Position numbers and translations under genes: made by a program
Shown: one piece after another, positions 33,836-47,608 of the stretch
Position numbering within the stretch: position 1 is the stretch's first letter
Layout: every line of letters begins with the position of its first letter
Assembly (NCBI RefSeq): GCF_963921235.1
Contig: NC_086109.1
Span: 5,706,001-5,770,000 of the forward strand
Length of the DNA stretch: 64,000 bases
Direction: 5' to 3'
From: Mobula hypostoma
Lineage: Eukaryota
Notes under the pieces: generated by a model
Told to the model about the DNA's origin: nothing
Seen by the model: only the letters and a program-made list of their open reading frames with translations
Databases searched by the model: none

Positions 33836-36573
33836 AACCAATTAATCAATTAAACAAATTAATAATTAATCAATTAATTTATCAATTGATCACTAATTGA
33901 TTACTCAAACATGTTAGTCATTTGACAATTGTCAATCAACTAATCTCTTGAATTAATTAATTGAGAAAGCAAGGTCAGTCAGATTTATCTGCACTGTTCT
34001 GCATGGCAGTGACTTCCACCCTTTGGAAGTCACTCACTTAGTTTGAGTGAGGCTCAACTAGAGGTCATAGGTTAAGGGTGAAAGGTGAAGTATTTAAGGG
34101 GAACCATTCAGAGGATGAGAGTGTGGAATGAGCTGCCAGTGAAAATGGTGGATGTGGGTTTGATGGCAATATTTAAGATAGGTACATAGATGGTCCAGGG
34201 GTGGGTCGATTGGACTAGGCAGAATAACAGTTTGACATGGACTACTTGGGCCAAAGGACCTGTTTCTATGATGTAGTCCCCCAGATTCCAACCTTCAGCT
34301 AGACACCAGGGGAAATTTGCAATGGCCACTCACCTCAACTCTGAACTGATTGCAAGACCTATAGACTCACTTGCAAGGACTCTGCAACTCTTGCTTTCAA
34401 TAATATTTTTTTTAAAATTATATTTGCACCATGTGACTTGCACATTGGTTGCTTGTCAGTCTTGTCTGTGTAGCTTTTCATTGAATCTATTGCCTTGATT
34501 TATTCTATAGTGAATGCCTGCAAGAAAATGAATCTGAGGGCAGTATATGGTGATATACACATACTGTGATTATAGATTTACTTTGAACTTTGAGTTAACC
34601 CACCAACCCACGTGTCCTTGGATGTGGGAGAAATCTTGATCTCGTAAGGGAAACTCATTCAGTCAATGGGAGTACCTGTGAAGTGCACACAGGCAGCACC
34701 TGAGGTCAACTTCAAAGTAACTTTATTGCCAAAGTACATATATATTACCAAAGGTTCAAAGGTTCACATAGTATCAAGGTATGTACGCTGTATACAACTC
34801 TGACACTCTTCTTCTCCAGATGGCCATGAAACAAAGAAAAACCATGGACACCGTTCAAAGAGAAACATCAAACCCACCACCCCGCATAAAAATAGAACAG
34901 CAACACGAACATCAGCCCCCACCCTGGAAGCCCCTGCTCCTGCATGAAATGCAACAGGAACACCAGCCCTCAAATCCCCCTCCCCCACACAAAAACTAAA
35001 ACAGAACTAGAACATTGGCTTCCAAATCCCAACCCCGTCCCCCACACCAAACACAATCAGCCCCCTGAATTCCCCACTCCCCACACAAAAAAATGCAACA
35101 AGGACATTGACCTTCCCTCCCCTGACTTCTTGCACAAAACACAACAGGAACAACAATCACCTTGAGATTTATTTTCTTGCGGGCATTGACGGGGAGAAAA
35201 TTTATGATGAGCAGCACAGTATCATAGCAGCTAATGTAACATCATTACAGTACCAGCAGTTTTTACATTCTCCCCATGACCATGTGGGTTTCCTCAGGCT
35301 GCTCCAGTTTCCTCCCACATGGGGGGGGGGTGTGGCCTATGTTGACAGGCCGACTAGGGGGAATGCCATACTAGATCTAGTATTAGGTAATGAATGAGGT
35401 CAGGTCACAGATCTCTGTGGGTGAGCATCTGGGGGACAGTGACCACCACTCCCTGGCCTTTAGCATTATCATGGAAAAGGATAGAATCAGCGGACAGGAA
35501 GATTTTTAATTGGGGAAGGGCAAATTATGAGGCTATAAGGCTAGAACTTGCAGGTGTGAATTGGGATGATGTTTCTGCAGGAAAATGTACTATGGACATG
35601 TGGTCGATGTTTAGGGATCTCTTGCAGGATGTTAGGGATAAATTTGTCCCAGTGAGGAAGATAAAGAATGGTAGGGTGAAGGAACCATGGGTGGCAAGTG
35701 AGGTGGAAAATCTAATCAGGTGGAAGAAGACAGCATACATGAGGTTTAGGAATCAAGGATCAGATGGGTCCATTGAGGAATATAGGGAGGCAAGAAAGGA
35801 GCTTAAGGGGCTGAGAAGAGTAAGAAAGGGCATGAGAAAGCCTTGGTGAGTAGGGTAAAGGAAAACCCCAAGGCATTCTTCAATTATGTGAAGAACAAAA
35901 GGATGACAGGAGTGAAGGTAGGACCGATTAGAGATAAAGGTGGGAAGATGTGCCTGCAGGCTGTGGAAGTGAGCGAGGTCCTCAATGAATACTTCTCTTC
36001 AGTATTCACCAATGAGAGGGAACTTGATGATGGTGAGGACAATATGAGTGAGGTTGATGTTCTGGAGCATGTTGATATTAAGGGAGAGGTGGTGTTGGAG
36101 TTGTTAAAATACATTAGGACAGATAAGTCCCCGCAGCCTGACAGAATATTCCCCAGGCTGCTCCACGAGGCGAGAGAAGAGATTGCTGAGCCCTTGGCTA
36201 GGATCTTTATGTCCTCATTGTCCATGGGAATGGTACCGGAGGATTGGAGGGAGGCGAATGTTGTCCCATTGTTCAAAAAAGGTAATAGGGAAAGTCTGGG
36301 TAATTATAGACCAGTGAGCCTTACATCTGTGGTGGGAAAGCTGTTGGAAAAGATTCTTAGAGATGGGATCTATAGGCATTTAGAGAATCATGGTCTGATC
36401 AGGGACAGTCAGCATGGCTTTGTGAAGAGCAGATCGTGTCTAACAAGCCTGATAGAGTTCTTTGAGGAGGTAACCAGGCATATAGATGAGGGTAGTGCAG
36501 TGGATATGATCTACATGGATTTTAGTAAGGCATTTGACAAGGTTCCATACAGTAGGCTTATTCAGAAAGTCAG

Positions 36574-37853
36574 TGTCACAAGGGGGCGCTGGGAACAGAC
36601 CCAAATGCAAGACACAGACACTGAAGTACAAGGAACAGGACTTGACTAGAGTAGGGATGTGACAGGATTCAGGCAGGGAGCAGGGACAAGAACGCAGAGT
36701 TGGGCTAGGGAAAGCAGGACCAGGACTAGGAACCATGGACTAGGAGACAAGGCTGGGACTCCGAGCCCGAGACTGGATAAGGACCCAGAACCTGGGTCTT
36801 GCCTTGGGCTTGGACCCTGGAAACAGGCAAGGACATGACATGGCTTCAGGACAGGATGTGGCTGGGGTCTAGAGGCCTGAGCTTGGAGACAAGACAAAGC
36901 TCAGACTCCAAGCCCGAGACTGGACAAGGACCCAGAACCTGAGTCTTGCCTTGGGCTCAGACCCCAGAACCAGGCAAGGACATGACATGGTTTGAGGCCT
37001 TGGGTCTTGATCTTGGCTTGGGATCCTCAAGGCTGGCATTCTTGGAGCTTAGACTGGGAAACAAACATCAACATAGAGCCAGGACTTATCCTAAGACAAG
37101 CTGGGACTCAACTTCTCCACACCAAGGTGGGACAGATCCATCTGTTGGGTAACAGCAGGATGGCAGACTTACCCAACAGAGGCAAAGACAAGACATATCC
37201 CCCTACAGGGCAACAGCAAGACAGCCTGACTTACCCCACAGAGGCAAGGACAAGACAAGACATAACCCCCACAAGGCAACAGCAAAACAGCCTGACTTAC
37301 CCCATGGAGGCAAGGACAAGACAAGACATGACCCTCCCCCACAGGGCAATGGCAAGACAGCCTGACTTACCCCAGAGACAAGGACAAGAAGAGACAAACA
37401 CCAAAGAACAACAGACAGTTCCATCTCTGCTCCAGGGTAGCTCCAAGTCCCAGTTCAGCCAGCAACCTCAGCTGGCTACAGAAACAGCCAGATCCCTACC
37501 TAGCTCAGAGTGGCTGGCAGCTACTCAGCTGGCCCAGGAAACAGCCAAATCCATACCACAAGGACAGCTCCAACAAGTGGCAACAAGGCTCCATGAAGCA
37601 GTGGTCCTCCAACCAGGTCTAGAGATCACAAATGGTTTCACTAGCCTTCCATCAGCAGGTTGCTCCAAGGGAGACTGACAAGACAAACCAGCCACCCACA
37701 CTCAATCCCAAGGTTACTTATATTGCAAGCCCAAAGATGGGAATCAGGTGCCAATGATTAACTCAAACAAGGGACCACTGGAAGACCCAGAGTCCTGAGT
37801 CCACGGACCGGACCGTGAACCGGAATGCGGACTTCACGGACTGGACCATAACA
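36574..37853 (-). mobile_element. Solo LTR-like insertion, 1280 bp, with internal tandem repeats
   Basis: TG...CA ends; perfect 5-bp TSD GTCAG (36569-36573, 37854-37858); TATA-like and CAGGTG motifs near 37715-37750. Orientation is inferred. Confidence 0.85.
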
Positions 37854-38846
37854 GTCAGAGGGCATGGGATCCAGGGAAGTATGGCCAGGTGGATTCAGAA
37901 TTGGCTTGCCTGCAGAAGGCAGAAGGTCGTGGTAGAGGGAGTACATTCGGATTGGAGGGTTGTGACTAATGGTGTCCCACAAGGATCGGTTCTGGGACCT
38001 CTACTTTTCGTGATTTTTATTAACGACCTGGATTTGGGGGTAGAAAGGTGGGTTGGCAAGTTTGCAGATGACACAAAGGTTGGTGATGTTGTAGATAGTG
38101 TGGAGGATTGTCAAAGATTGCAGAGAGACATTGATCGGATGCAGAAGTGGGCTGAGAAGTGGCAGATGGAGTTCAACCCGGAGAAGTGTGAGGTGGTACA
38201 CTTTGGAAGGACAAACTCCAAGGCAGAGTACAAAGTAAATGGCAGGATACTTGGTAGTGTGGAGGAGCAGAGGGATCTGGGGGTACATGTCCACAGATCC
38301 CTGAAAGTTGCCTCACAGGTAGATGGGGTGATTAAGAAAGCTTATGGGGTGTTAGCTTTCATAAGTCGAGGGACAGAGTTTAAGAGTCGCGAGGTAATGA
38401 TGCATCTCTATAAAATTCTGGTTAGGCCACACTTGGAGTATTGTGTCCATTTCTGGTCACCTCACTATAGGAAGGATGTGGAAGCATTGGAAATGGTACG
38501 GAGGAGATTTACCAGGATGCTGCCTGGTTTAGAGAGCATGGATTATGATCAGAGAATAAGGGAGCTAGGGCTTTACTCTTTGGAGAGAAGGAGGATGAGA
38601 GGAGACATGATAGAGGTGTACAAGATAATAAGAGGAATAGATAGAGTGGATAGCCAGCGCCTCTTCCCCAGGGCACCACTGTTCAATACAAGAGGACATG
38701 ACTTTAAGGTAAAGGGTGGGAAGTTCAAGGGGGATATGAGAGGAAGGTTTTTTACTCAGAGAGTGGTTGGTGCGTGGAATGCACTGCCTGAGTCGGCGGT
38801 GGAGGCAGATACACTAGTGAAATTTAAGAGACTGCTAGACAGGTAT

Positions 38847-39113
38847 CATCATCATCATCAGGTGCCATGCCCAGTTTGAGCTTTGACTGCCATGGCCCAC
38901 ACACTCCTGTTTCGGGTCAAGTGGATCAATTTACTGGTATTCATTTCCAGTTCTCTGGCTGCTGTCTCCATCATCATTTGTCTTTGTCTTCCTCTTGCTT
39001 TCTTCCCTTCAATCTTTCCCATAATTACCGTGCACTCTAACTCCTCTTTCCTAATCACATGTCCAATGAAGTTACGTTGCCTTTTCATGATCTCATACAT
39101 TATTTCTCTTAGT
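38847..39113 (-). mobile_element. RTE-clade LINE 3' end
   Basis: KRQRNFIGHVIRKEELECTVIMGKIEGKKARGRQR..NRSVW..GHGT*; (gat)n tail; 8-bp TSD acaggtat (38839-38846, 39114-39121). Confidence 0.92.
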
Positions 39114-39235
39114 ACAGGTATATGGAGGAACTTAAGGTGGGGGTTATATGGGAGGCAAGGTTTAAGGGTCGGCACAACATTGTGGGCCGAAGGGCCTGTA
39201 CTGTGCTATACTATTCTATGTTCTATGTTCTATGT

Positions 39236-39610
39236 CACATTGAAACCTTTCGGATGTTGAAAGGCCTAGACAGAGTAGATGTGGAGAGGATGTTTCCCAT
39301 GGTGGAACAGCCTCAGGATAGAGGGGCGGCCATTTAAAACAGAAATGCGGAGAAATTTCTTGAGCTAGAGGGTGGTGAATTTGTGAAGTTTATTACCACA
39401 GGGAGCTGTGGAGGCCAGGTTGTTGGGTGTATTTAAGGTAGAGCTTGGTATATTCTTGATTGGACACTACATCAAAGGTTATGGAGAGAAGGCCAGGGAG
39501 TGGGGTGGAGGAGGGGGACAAAAGGATCAGCCATGATTGAATGCTGGAGCAGACTTGATGGGCCAAATGGTTTAACTCTGCTCCTATGTCTTAGGGTCTT
39601 ATGGTCTATA
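39236..39610 (+). mobile_element. CR1 LINE 3' fragment
   Basis: IETFRMLKGLDRVDVERMFPMV; cttatggtct tail. Confidence 0.85.
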
Positions 39611-39929
39611 TCCCTTGGTGTCAGTGAGATGAGAAACATGGATTTGCTGGGCCCCAATATTCCAAAATCAGTGTTTATCTTTGTGAGCAAGAGGCACAAG
39701 GGCTGGTCAGTTCACACTTACATTTTGAGCCTGGAGTTCAGAATCCTGCCAGTGGCTAGTCTAGGGTTCAATAATGAAGACCAAAGCCCAAAGGTCAGTT
39801 GGAAGTTCAGAAATCATAACCTGATGGCCAAAGCCTGGCCACTGGAGGCCCAGAGGCCTGGAGGATTGGATGATCAGAGGACTGGAGGGCCCAGAGGCCT
39901 GGCCTGGAGTAGTTGGAAGATTGCGTGCA

Positions 39930-40023
<94 letters not shown>

Positions 40024-40133
40024 TGTGTGTGGTGTGTGTGTGTGTGTGTGTCTGTGTCTGTGTCTGTGTGTCTGTGTCTGTGTGTCTGTGTGTGTGTCTC
40101 TGTGTGTGTGTGTGTCTGTGTATCTGTGTGTCT
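39930..40133. repeat. (TG)n/(TGTC)n microsatellite
   Basis: About 200 bp of alternating TG with TC interruptions. Confidence 0.97.
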
Positions 40134-40989
40134 GCTATTTTGGCACCTGAATGTATGACCACATTTGCAGGCAGCCCCCAGCTCATCCTTAATTATATTG
40201 GTTGCTAATGCAAGTAATATATTTCAATGTATGTATGTTTCAATGTACATCTGATAAATAACTCTGTATCTCTATCTGAATCTGGATTGGAAGTCATCAA
40301 TATAATCATAGCCTGGCTGACGGAATAAGTATTCTCTTTATTCAAAGATCAAAAGTCCCTCTGATTATTTTGTATACAATCACCATTTGTCCCAGCCTCT
40401 GAGAGTGAAAACACTAAGGGATATGGTCAAATCAGTCTACCCTTGATTCATTCCTTTACCATCGATTCTCACTATTAGTGGCCATTACGCTATTAGTAGT
40501 AGGATGGTGCAAGCTGTAAATATTAAGTGAGGACTTTCAGTTTTAGACCGGAGTTTATCATGTCTCTGCTAACTCTTTGCCAGAAAGCAGAGTGAGAAGT
40601 TAAAAGGGAAGTAACAGCAAGCTCGTACTTGTTAGTTTGACACGATAGGTGTTTGTTGGGTTCACACTCAACTTTCAGATCTTGTAACAAACCCCATCAG
40701 AGGCTGGCGGAGATGGGTTATATTGAACACAATGCCTGGGCAACCATCAGACTTTTTAACTGTCTCGCAAAAATCTCTGATGCCTTTCAAAGGATTCTCC
40801 CAACGTACTAGTGGACAGCAGGGAAAGTGTTCAACTGTTGTACACCTGAGCAACACACACAAAACCCTGGAGGAACTCACCAGGTCAGGCAGCATCTAAG
40901 AAGGGAAATAAACAGACAATGTTTCTGGCTGAGACCTTTCATCATGTCCTGGAGTAGGTTAAAAGATCAGCACAATATCATAGGCCGAA

Positions 40990-41518
40990 GAGCACTACAG
41001 CACAGAAATAAGCCCGTTGGCCCATCTAGTCTGTGCCAAACTATTATTCCTCCTGGTCCCAAACACATGCACCTGAAACATGGCTCCCTAGGCCCCTTTC
41101 ATCCATGTATGTCTTTTAAATCAAACCCGCACCCACCACTTACTTTGGCAGCTTATTCCACACTCACACCACCCTTTGAGTGAAGAAGTTCCCAATCAAG
41201 TTCCCCTTAAATATTTCACTTTTTTTCTCTCTTAACCTATGACCTTTAGTTCTACTCTTACCCAGTTTTGCTGGAAAAATCCTGCTTGCATTTACCCTAT
41301 CTATACCTCCTATTATTTTGTAAGCCTCTATCAAATCTCCCCTCGTTCTTCCATGCTCTAGCGAATAAAGTCCTAACTTATTCAACCTTTCCCTATAACC
41401 CAGGTCATCAAGTCCCAACAACATCCATGTGAATTTTTTCTACACTCCTTCAATCTTATTGATTTCTTTCCTGTAGATGGGTGACCAGAACCTCACACAA
41501 TACTCCAAATTTGGTCTC
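40990..41518 (-). mobile_element. CR1 LINE 3' fragment
   Basis: YRERLNKLGLYSLE..RGDLIEAYKII..NFFTQRVV. Confidence 0.85.
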
Positions 41519-41524
41519 TGTTGA

Positions 41525-42752
41525 GAAGTCAGAATCAGCTTTAATATCATTGGCATGTGTCGTGAAATTTGTTGTTATGCAGCAGCAGTACAACGCAATA
41601 CAAAGTAACAAAAGCTGTAAATTACAGTTTAGTCCTGGGTTTGACTCCAAACTGCAACCGGTGATGAGGCTCTGATTGGGGATTTTCAGAGCTTCGGGGA
41701 AGGTGGAGTTACCCCTCAGTCATTCATTGCTCCCAGGGCCGCTCCGACCCGGAACGGTAGCACCTGCAAGGGTTCCTGCTCAGGATACGAGCGAAGGCCA
41801 ACAGCAGATCCGGCAGGTTCAGTAACTGAACTTATGACGGAGAAGGCGGATGAGCTAAATTAAATAAATAGTGCAAAGATGGAAAAAAATAGAGCGGTAG
41901 TGTTCGTAGATCCAATGTCTGTTTAGAAATCGGATGGCAGAGGGGAAGAAGCTGTTCCTGAATCACTGAGTGTGTGCCTTCAGGCTCCGGCACCTCCTTC
42001 CTGATGGTGGCAATGAGAAGCGAGCATGTCCTGGGTGATGGGGTCCTTTTTGAGGCATTGCTTCATGAAGATGCCCTGGATGCTGGGGAGGCTGGTGCCC
42101 ATGATGGAGCTGACTGAGTTCACAACTTTCTGCAGCTTATTCCAACCCTGTGCAATAGCCCCCGTGCTCCCTTCCCCGCCATACCAGACAGTGATGTGGC
42201 CAGATAAAATGCTCTCCAAGGTACATCTGTAGAAATTTGCGAGTGTCTTTGGTGACACACCAAATCTTCTCAAACTCCTAATGAGATATAAAGCTGCTGT
42301 CGTGCCTCCTTTGTAGCTGCGTCGATATATCAGTGTCAGGATTGATCCTCAGAGATGTTGACACCCAGGAACTTGAAATTGCTCACCTTTACCACTTCTG
42401 ATCCTTTGATACGAACTAGTGTGTGCTCCCTCGACTCACCCTTCTTGATGTCCACAATCAATCCTTTGGTCCTACTGATGTTGAGTGCAAGCAAAGTTGT
42501 TGCTGCGACTCCACTCTCACCAGCTGATCTATCTCGCTCCTGTACACCTTCTTGTCACCATCTGAAATTATGCCAGTAATGGTGTCATCAGCAAATTTAT
42601 GAATGGCATTTGAGCTGTGCCTAGCCACGCAGTCATGGGTGTAGAGAGAGTAGAGCAGTGAGCTAAGCACACATCCTTGATTATCAGCAAGGTGGAGATG
42701 TTATTTCCGAACGGCACACTCTGTGGTCTCCCAGTGAGGAAGTCAAGGATCC
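41525..42752 (-). mobile_element. Rex1/Babar-like LINE RT 3' portion, degenerate
   Basis: LSSLLYSLYTHDC..IHKFADDT; FYRCTLESILSGHITVWYG. Confidence 0.85.
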
Positions 42753-43514
42753 AGTGGTGGTGGTGGTGAGCTCGTCTTCGCTCTGTAGCTGGAAGATGCC
42801 AGGTTTCCCAGTGTTGCTTGGTTGCAATGAAAGCATCTCATCGGTGATAACCAGAATCACTTTATTGCCAGTACGTGGAGCATACCAGAATTCATTGTGG
42901 TTTGCTGACAAGCATAAAGCACAGGACAATACCGTAGCAGACAACATAATAGCAACCAACAATTTACAAGACAATAGTGCAGCCGTAAGCAATCAACAAT
43001 TAGCAGAATAGTCACATGTGCAAACGTCAGTAATCAAACTGAAATAAATGTGAACATATGAACAGACTCAATAATTATCAACAGAACAAAGAGAGTACTT
43101 ATTCTCCCCTGGAGAAGAATTAAAATCTAGTGCAATCGTCTGTTGTTGGAAATATTCAACCAATTGTTTAGTAGAAAAACAGTGGAAGAAATATGTTTCT
43201 GTTTGAAAGATCACACTTGTTATTCTGGTTATGAGAACAACAGATAAACATCAATCTAGTAAACCTGGTACATTTTCCACTTTCTCACAGAGTTATGAAA
43301 GTGGAAAGAAAAAAAAATGCTTTGTCAACCTTAAAGGAGTGATCTCTTATCTCAGATGTAAACATTGGTACATTGCCTTAGGAGCCCTTGGTGATTGAAA
43401 TGGTCAGTTACTGCCAAAATCGAGTTTAATATCATCTCCACAAGTGCATGGTTGCAAAGGTGCAGTGTAAGGCTCTCTTGCAGCAGCATTGCAGGCATGC
43501 AGCGTCATAACCAT

Positions 43515-44222
43515 GAGAAAATCTGTAGAGGCTGGAAACCCAGAGCAACACCACAAACTGCTAGAGGAACTCGACGGGTCAGGCAGCATCAGTGGAAATG
43601 AATCAACAGCCCATGTTTCAGGCAAGACCCTTCTTCAGGACCAAAGAGTCACATAAGCAGCATTCACAACAAAAACATCCACGAAGCTTTTATTATACAA
43701 GAATTTGACAAGAAAACACACCTAGAACAAATAAAGATAAAGCAATACACATGAAATGCTGGAGGAACGCAGCAGATCAGGCAGCATCCATGGAAATGGT
43801 GGACAGTCGGCGTTTCAGGGTGAAACACTTCAGGGAAGATGCCAGAATAAAAAGGTTGGGGGGGGGGGGGTCTGTGCAGAAGAAGAAAGATAAGCTAGAA
43901 GGTGACAGGTGAAGCCAGGTGGGAAAGGTAAAGGGCTGGAGGGGAAGGAATCTGATAGGAGAGGAGAGTGAATAATAGGAGAAAGGGAAGGAGGAGGGGC
44001 ACCAGGGGGAGGTGATAGGCAGGTGAGAAGAGGTAAGAGGCTAGAGTGCGGAATAGAAGAAGAGGGAAGGGGGAAGGATATTTTTTTTAACCAGTAGGAT
44101 GAATCAATGTTCATGCTATCAGTTTGGAGACTACCAAGATATGAAGTGTTGCTCCTCCACCCTGAGGACTGACATGTCAGAACGAGAATGGAATGGCAAT
44201 TAAAATGGCTGGCCACCGGGAA
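43515..44222 (-). mobile_element. Penelope-like fragments: GIY-YIG C-terminus, UTR and two degenerate hammerheads
   Basis: PVASHFNCH..YLGSLQTDSMNIDS at 44090-44220; motifs at 43607-43642 and 43803-43833. Confidence 0.8.
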
Positions 44223-44655
44223 ATTGGTAGATGGCGAAGTGTAAACAAAACTTATTTTAGTACAGGCTGGTTGAAGTGGTCATAACTGCAGTGATTAGGG
44301 TTTCGCAGAACCCAAGGAACTGTGACCTCTTCAACTGCACGTAACTGGAGAAAATCATCTTGAGCTGTGTTTAACTGCTGGACCAGCGGGTAGGATTTCA
44401 CCACTCTCACTGCATTCCCCAGAGGTCTCTAACTAACTCTCCCCGTTGACGTGTTGGCTGCTGCAGAGCAATAGAAACTGAGAAAGTTAATTAAAAATCT
44501 TCCCCTTCTTTGACAATGCACGGTACGAATGTAGCAAAGCCAAGGTTTCCTCTCATTTTCTTTTGTAGCTTCGCGGACCGACCGTTGCTCTGAGCAGGAG
44601 GTTTTCGCACAGCCTGAGCGCTGCCCAGCAGTTTAATTAAGCATTGCAGACTCTG

Positions 44656-44734
44656 CAGGAGCTCCCAGCCTTTTTAATGCCATGGACCCTACCGTTAACT
44701 GAGGGATCTGCGGACCCCAGGTTGGGAACACCTG
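44656..44734. mobile_element. 79-bp hAT/Charlie-like MITE
   Basis: TIRs caggagctcccagcct / aggttgggaacacctg (13/16 complementary); no clear TSD. Confidence 0.55.
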
Positions 44735-44874
44735 GTATACAGTAAAAGAAGATGGCAGCTGCACGGCAACAAAGGCTATGTTCATAGGAGCATTTCAGTT
44801 ACTGTGTAGCTGCACCACCCCCAACACAGCTTAGAGGGAACGGTGAAAAGCCAATGTACCTCGATACACGTTGG

Positions 44875-45122
44875 ATATTTTATTTACAGATACAGCACAG
44901 TAACAGCCACCCCCCCCCCCACCCGGCCCAGTGAACCCACATCATCCAATTACACCCATGTGACCAAATAACTTACGAACCCCTACGTCTTTGGACTGTG
45001 GGAGGAAACCGGAGCACCCGGAGGAAACCCACGTGGTCACGGGGAGAATGTACAAACTCCTTACAGACAGTGGTGGGAATTGAACCCAGGTCTCTGGTAC
45101 TGCCGTAGCATTACGCTACCTA
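44875..45122 (-). mobile_element. V-SINE
   Basis: Well-preserved V domain and gggaattgaacccagg B-box. Confidence 0.88.
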
Positions 45123-45669
45123 TTGACAATAATAAACCAATTTTCCAAGCCTTGGAATCAGCAACCAATAAAGCTGACCCAGGATCTTGGATATGCTCAA
45201 GAGTCAAGAAAGTCAAAATGTTTCAAGCTATTGGCTCAATATCAGACATCTAATTCAGTATTACTCAGTTTTGCCTACATAGTACTTTGTCAATATAATC
45301 ACATAATACATTGCTAACCTCTGATGCTGTACATAACAAATGAGTCATTGGGCACTGTGTACATACAGTAAAATCATATGACATCAGCCTTACAGATTTT
45401 AGGTGACAGGACTGTCTCGGGAAGAAGGTAATAGACTGCATCTCTATACCCTAGAGTTTGGAAGGATGAGAGGGGGTCTAATTTAAACGTGGACAAAGGC
45501 CAGCAGGTTGTCTACACTTCTCTCTGCCTCAGTAAAGCAGCCAACATGATCAAAGGCCCTTCCCACCCAGGTGTTCCCTCATTCCCCCCATCCGGTGGAG
45601 GACACGAAAGGTTGGGGACATGTACCATGTACCATCAGGCTCATGGACAGCTTCTATCCCACGGTTATC

Positions 45670-46900
45670 AAAGTCAAAGGTCATTTATTATCAAAGAATG
45701 TACACTTTACCACATACTACCTGGAGATTCATTTTCCAGGCACCTACAGGACATAAAGAAGTAGAACAGAATTTACAAAAGACTACTCGTAAAAACGGAC
45801 AAGCAATCAATGAGCAAAAGGAGGCAAATTACGCAAATGAGAAAATAACACAGAGGACACAAGTTGTAGAGTCCTTGAAAGTGAGTCTGTAGGTTGTGGA
45901 ATCAGTTCAGTGCTGAGGTGAGTGAAGTTATCCACACTGGTTTGGGAGCCCGATGGTAGAGGAGTAATAACGGTTCCTGAATCTGGCGGTGTGGGACCTG
46001 AGGCTCCTGTGCCTCCTACTCCATGGGAATTGTATTGAACTGGATGGAATTGACTTTATTTCTTACATCCTTCACATACATGAGGAGTAAAAATCTTTAC
46101 GTTACGTCTCTGTCTAAATGTGCAATGTGCAATCATTATCATTTAGAATAATTTATAATAGATAGGCAGTCAATGTAATATAGAGTACACTCAAATCAGC
46201 GTGAGTTCATCGGTCTGATGGCCTGGTGGAAGAAGCTGTCCCGGAGCCTGTTCGTCCTGGCTTTTATGCTGTGGTACCATTTACCGGATGGTAGCAGCTA
46301 GAATAGATCATGGTTGGGGTGACTCGGGTCCCCAATGATCCTTCGGGCCCTTTTTTCACGTTTATCTTTGTAAATGTCCGGAATCATGGGAAGTTCACAA
46401 GTACAGATGCGCTGGGCTGTCCACACCACTCTCTGCAGAATCCTGCAATTGAGGGAGGTACAGTTCCCATACCAGGCAGTGATGCAGCCAGTCAGGATGC
46501 TCTCAATTGTGCCCCTGTAGAAAGTTCTTAGGATCTGGGGGCTCATACCAAACTTCCTCAACAGTCTGAGGTGAAAGAAGAGAGCCTGGCCTGGATGGTG
46601 GGAGTCTTTGATGAGGAATGCTGCTTTCTTGTAGCAGCGCTCCATGTAAATACGCTCAATGGTGGGGAGGACTTTGCCTGGGATGTAGACTTTTCCATTC
46701 CTGGGCACTAGTGTTTCCATTCCAGGCCATGATGCAACCAGTCAGGATACTCTCCACTGCATCTATAGAAATTTGTCAAAGTTTTAGATGGCATGCCAAA
46801 TCTATGCAAACTTTGAAGAAAGTAGAGGCACTGTCATGTCTTCTTTGAGAAGGTGCTTACATGTTGGTCCCTGGACGGATCCTCCCATATGATAATACCA
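45670..46900 (-). mobile_element. Nested Rex1/Babar-like fragments (younger copy 46030-46573 inside an older one)
   Basis: HLRLLRKFGMSPQILRTFYRGTIESILTGCITAWYG..DPSHPNHDLF. Confidence 0.85.
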
Positions 46901-47608
46901 AGGAATTCAGACCCTCCAATGAAGCTGTTGTATGATAGCGATCCAGTCTTGATCTCTCAGTCTACCTCGTCTTTGCCTCTGCACTTTATTGTTTACCTGC
47001 ACTGCACTTTCTCAGCCACCATAACACTTTATTCTGCATTCTGTTATTGTTCCTCTTTTCGTTCTTCCTCAACGTACGAAAGCGTGAAATGATCTGTTGG
47101 ATGGCAAGTAAATCTTCACTGAATCTCACCTGCATATGACAATGATAAATCAACTCTCTTCTCACTGCAGCCATCAGGAAGAGGCACAGGGTCACAAGTC
47201 CCGCACCACCAGGATCGGAAACAGGTATTACCCCCACCCCCCCAACCAACAGGCTGCTGAACCAGAGGGGACAGCGTCACTCACCCAAACACTGAACTGA
47301 GCACTTTGAAGAGGCTATTCGCAGGTCACCGAAGCTTGTATAAAAGTAGAGCTTTCCGGGCGTATGGCTTTCTGCCGGCCCAGTCGGTGGAGGGAGCTGA
47401 GCACCGCGAATTAAATAAAAGTAGAGAAGGGGCAAGTGGGGCGGCCATTGTTGGGGGTAGGCCAGCTGTGAGAGCAGGAGCGTCAGGCTTTGACTCAAGC
47501 GGCTCTGATGAGAAGAAGCTGAGGCCAAAGGAACAGGCAAGAAGGGTAGGTTTTTCTTTTCATTATTGTTGATTTGGTCTTGGTTGCCCATTGAACAGTG
47601 CAGGCAGG

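Larger units (their letters stand above)
35338..39235 (+). mobile_element. CR1 LINE (late APE + RT + 3'UTR) interrupted by a solo LTR and an RTE fragment
   Basis: VDRPTRGNAILDLVL; ORFs 35843-36573 and 37859-38879 rejoin in frame (..RLIQKV|RGHGIQG..) once the LTR and one TSD are removed; (ttctatg)n tail. Confidence 0.95.

Noticed and set aside
35320..35331. Poly-G run as a functional G-quadruplex
   Set aside because: Simple homopolymer at a SINE/LINE junction with no supporting context.
36992..37678. 228-aa Q/T/P-rich ORF
   Set aside because: Lies inside the TSD-flanked LTR and derives from tandem repeats; no recognisable domain.
39500..40208. (VC)n and (HT)n ORFs
   Set aside because: (TG)n microsatellite artefact.
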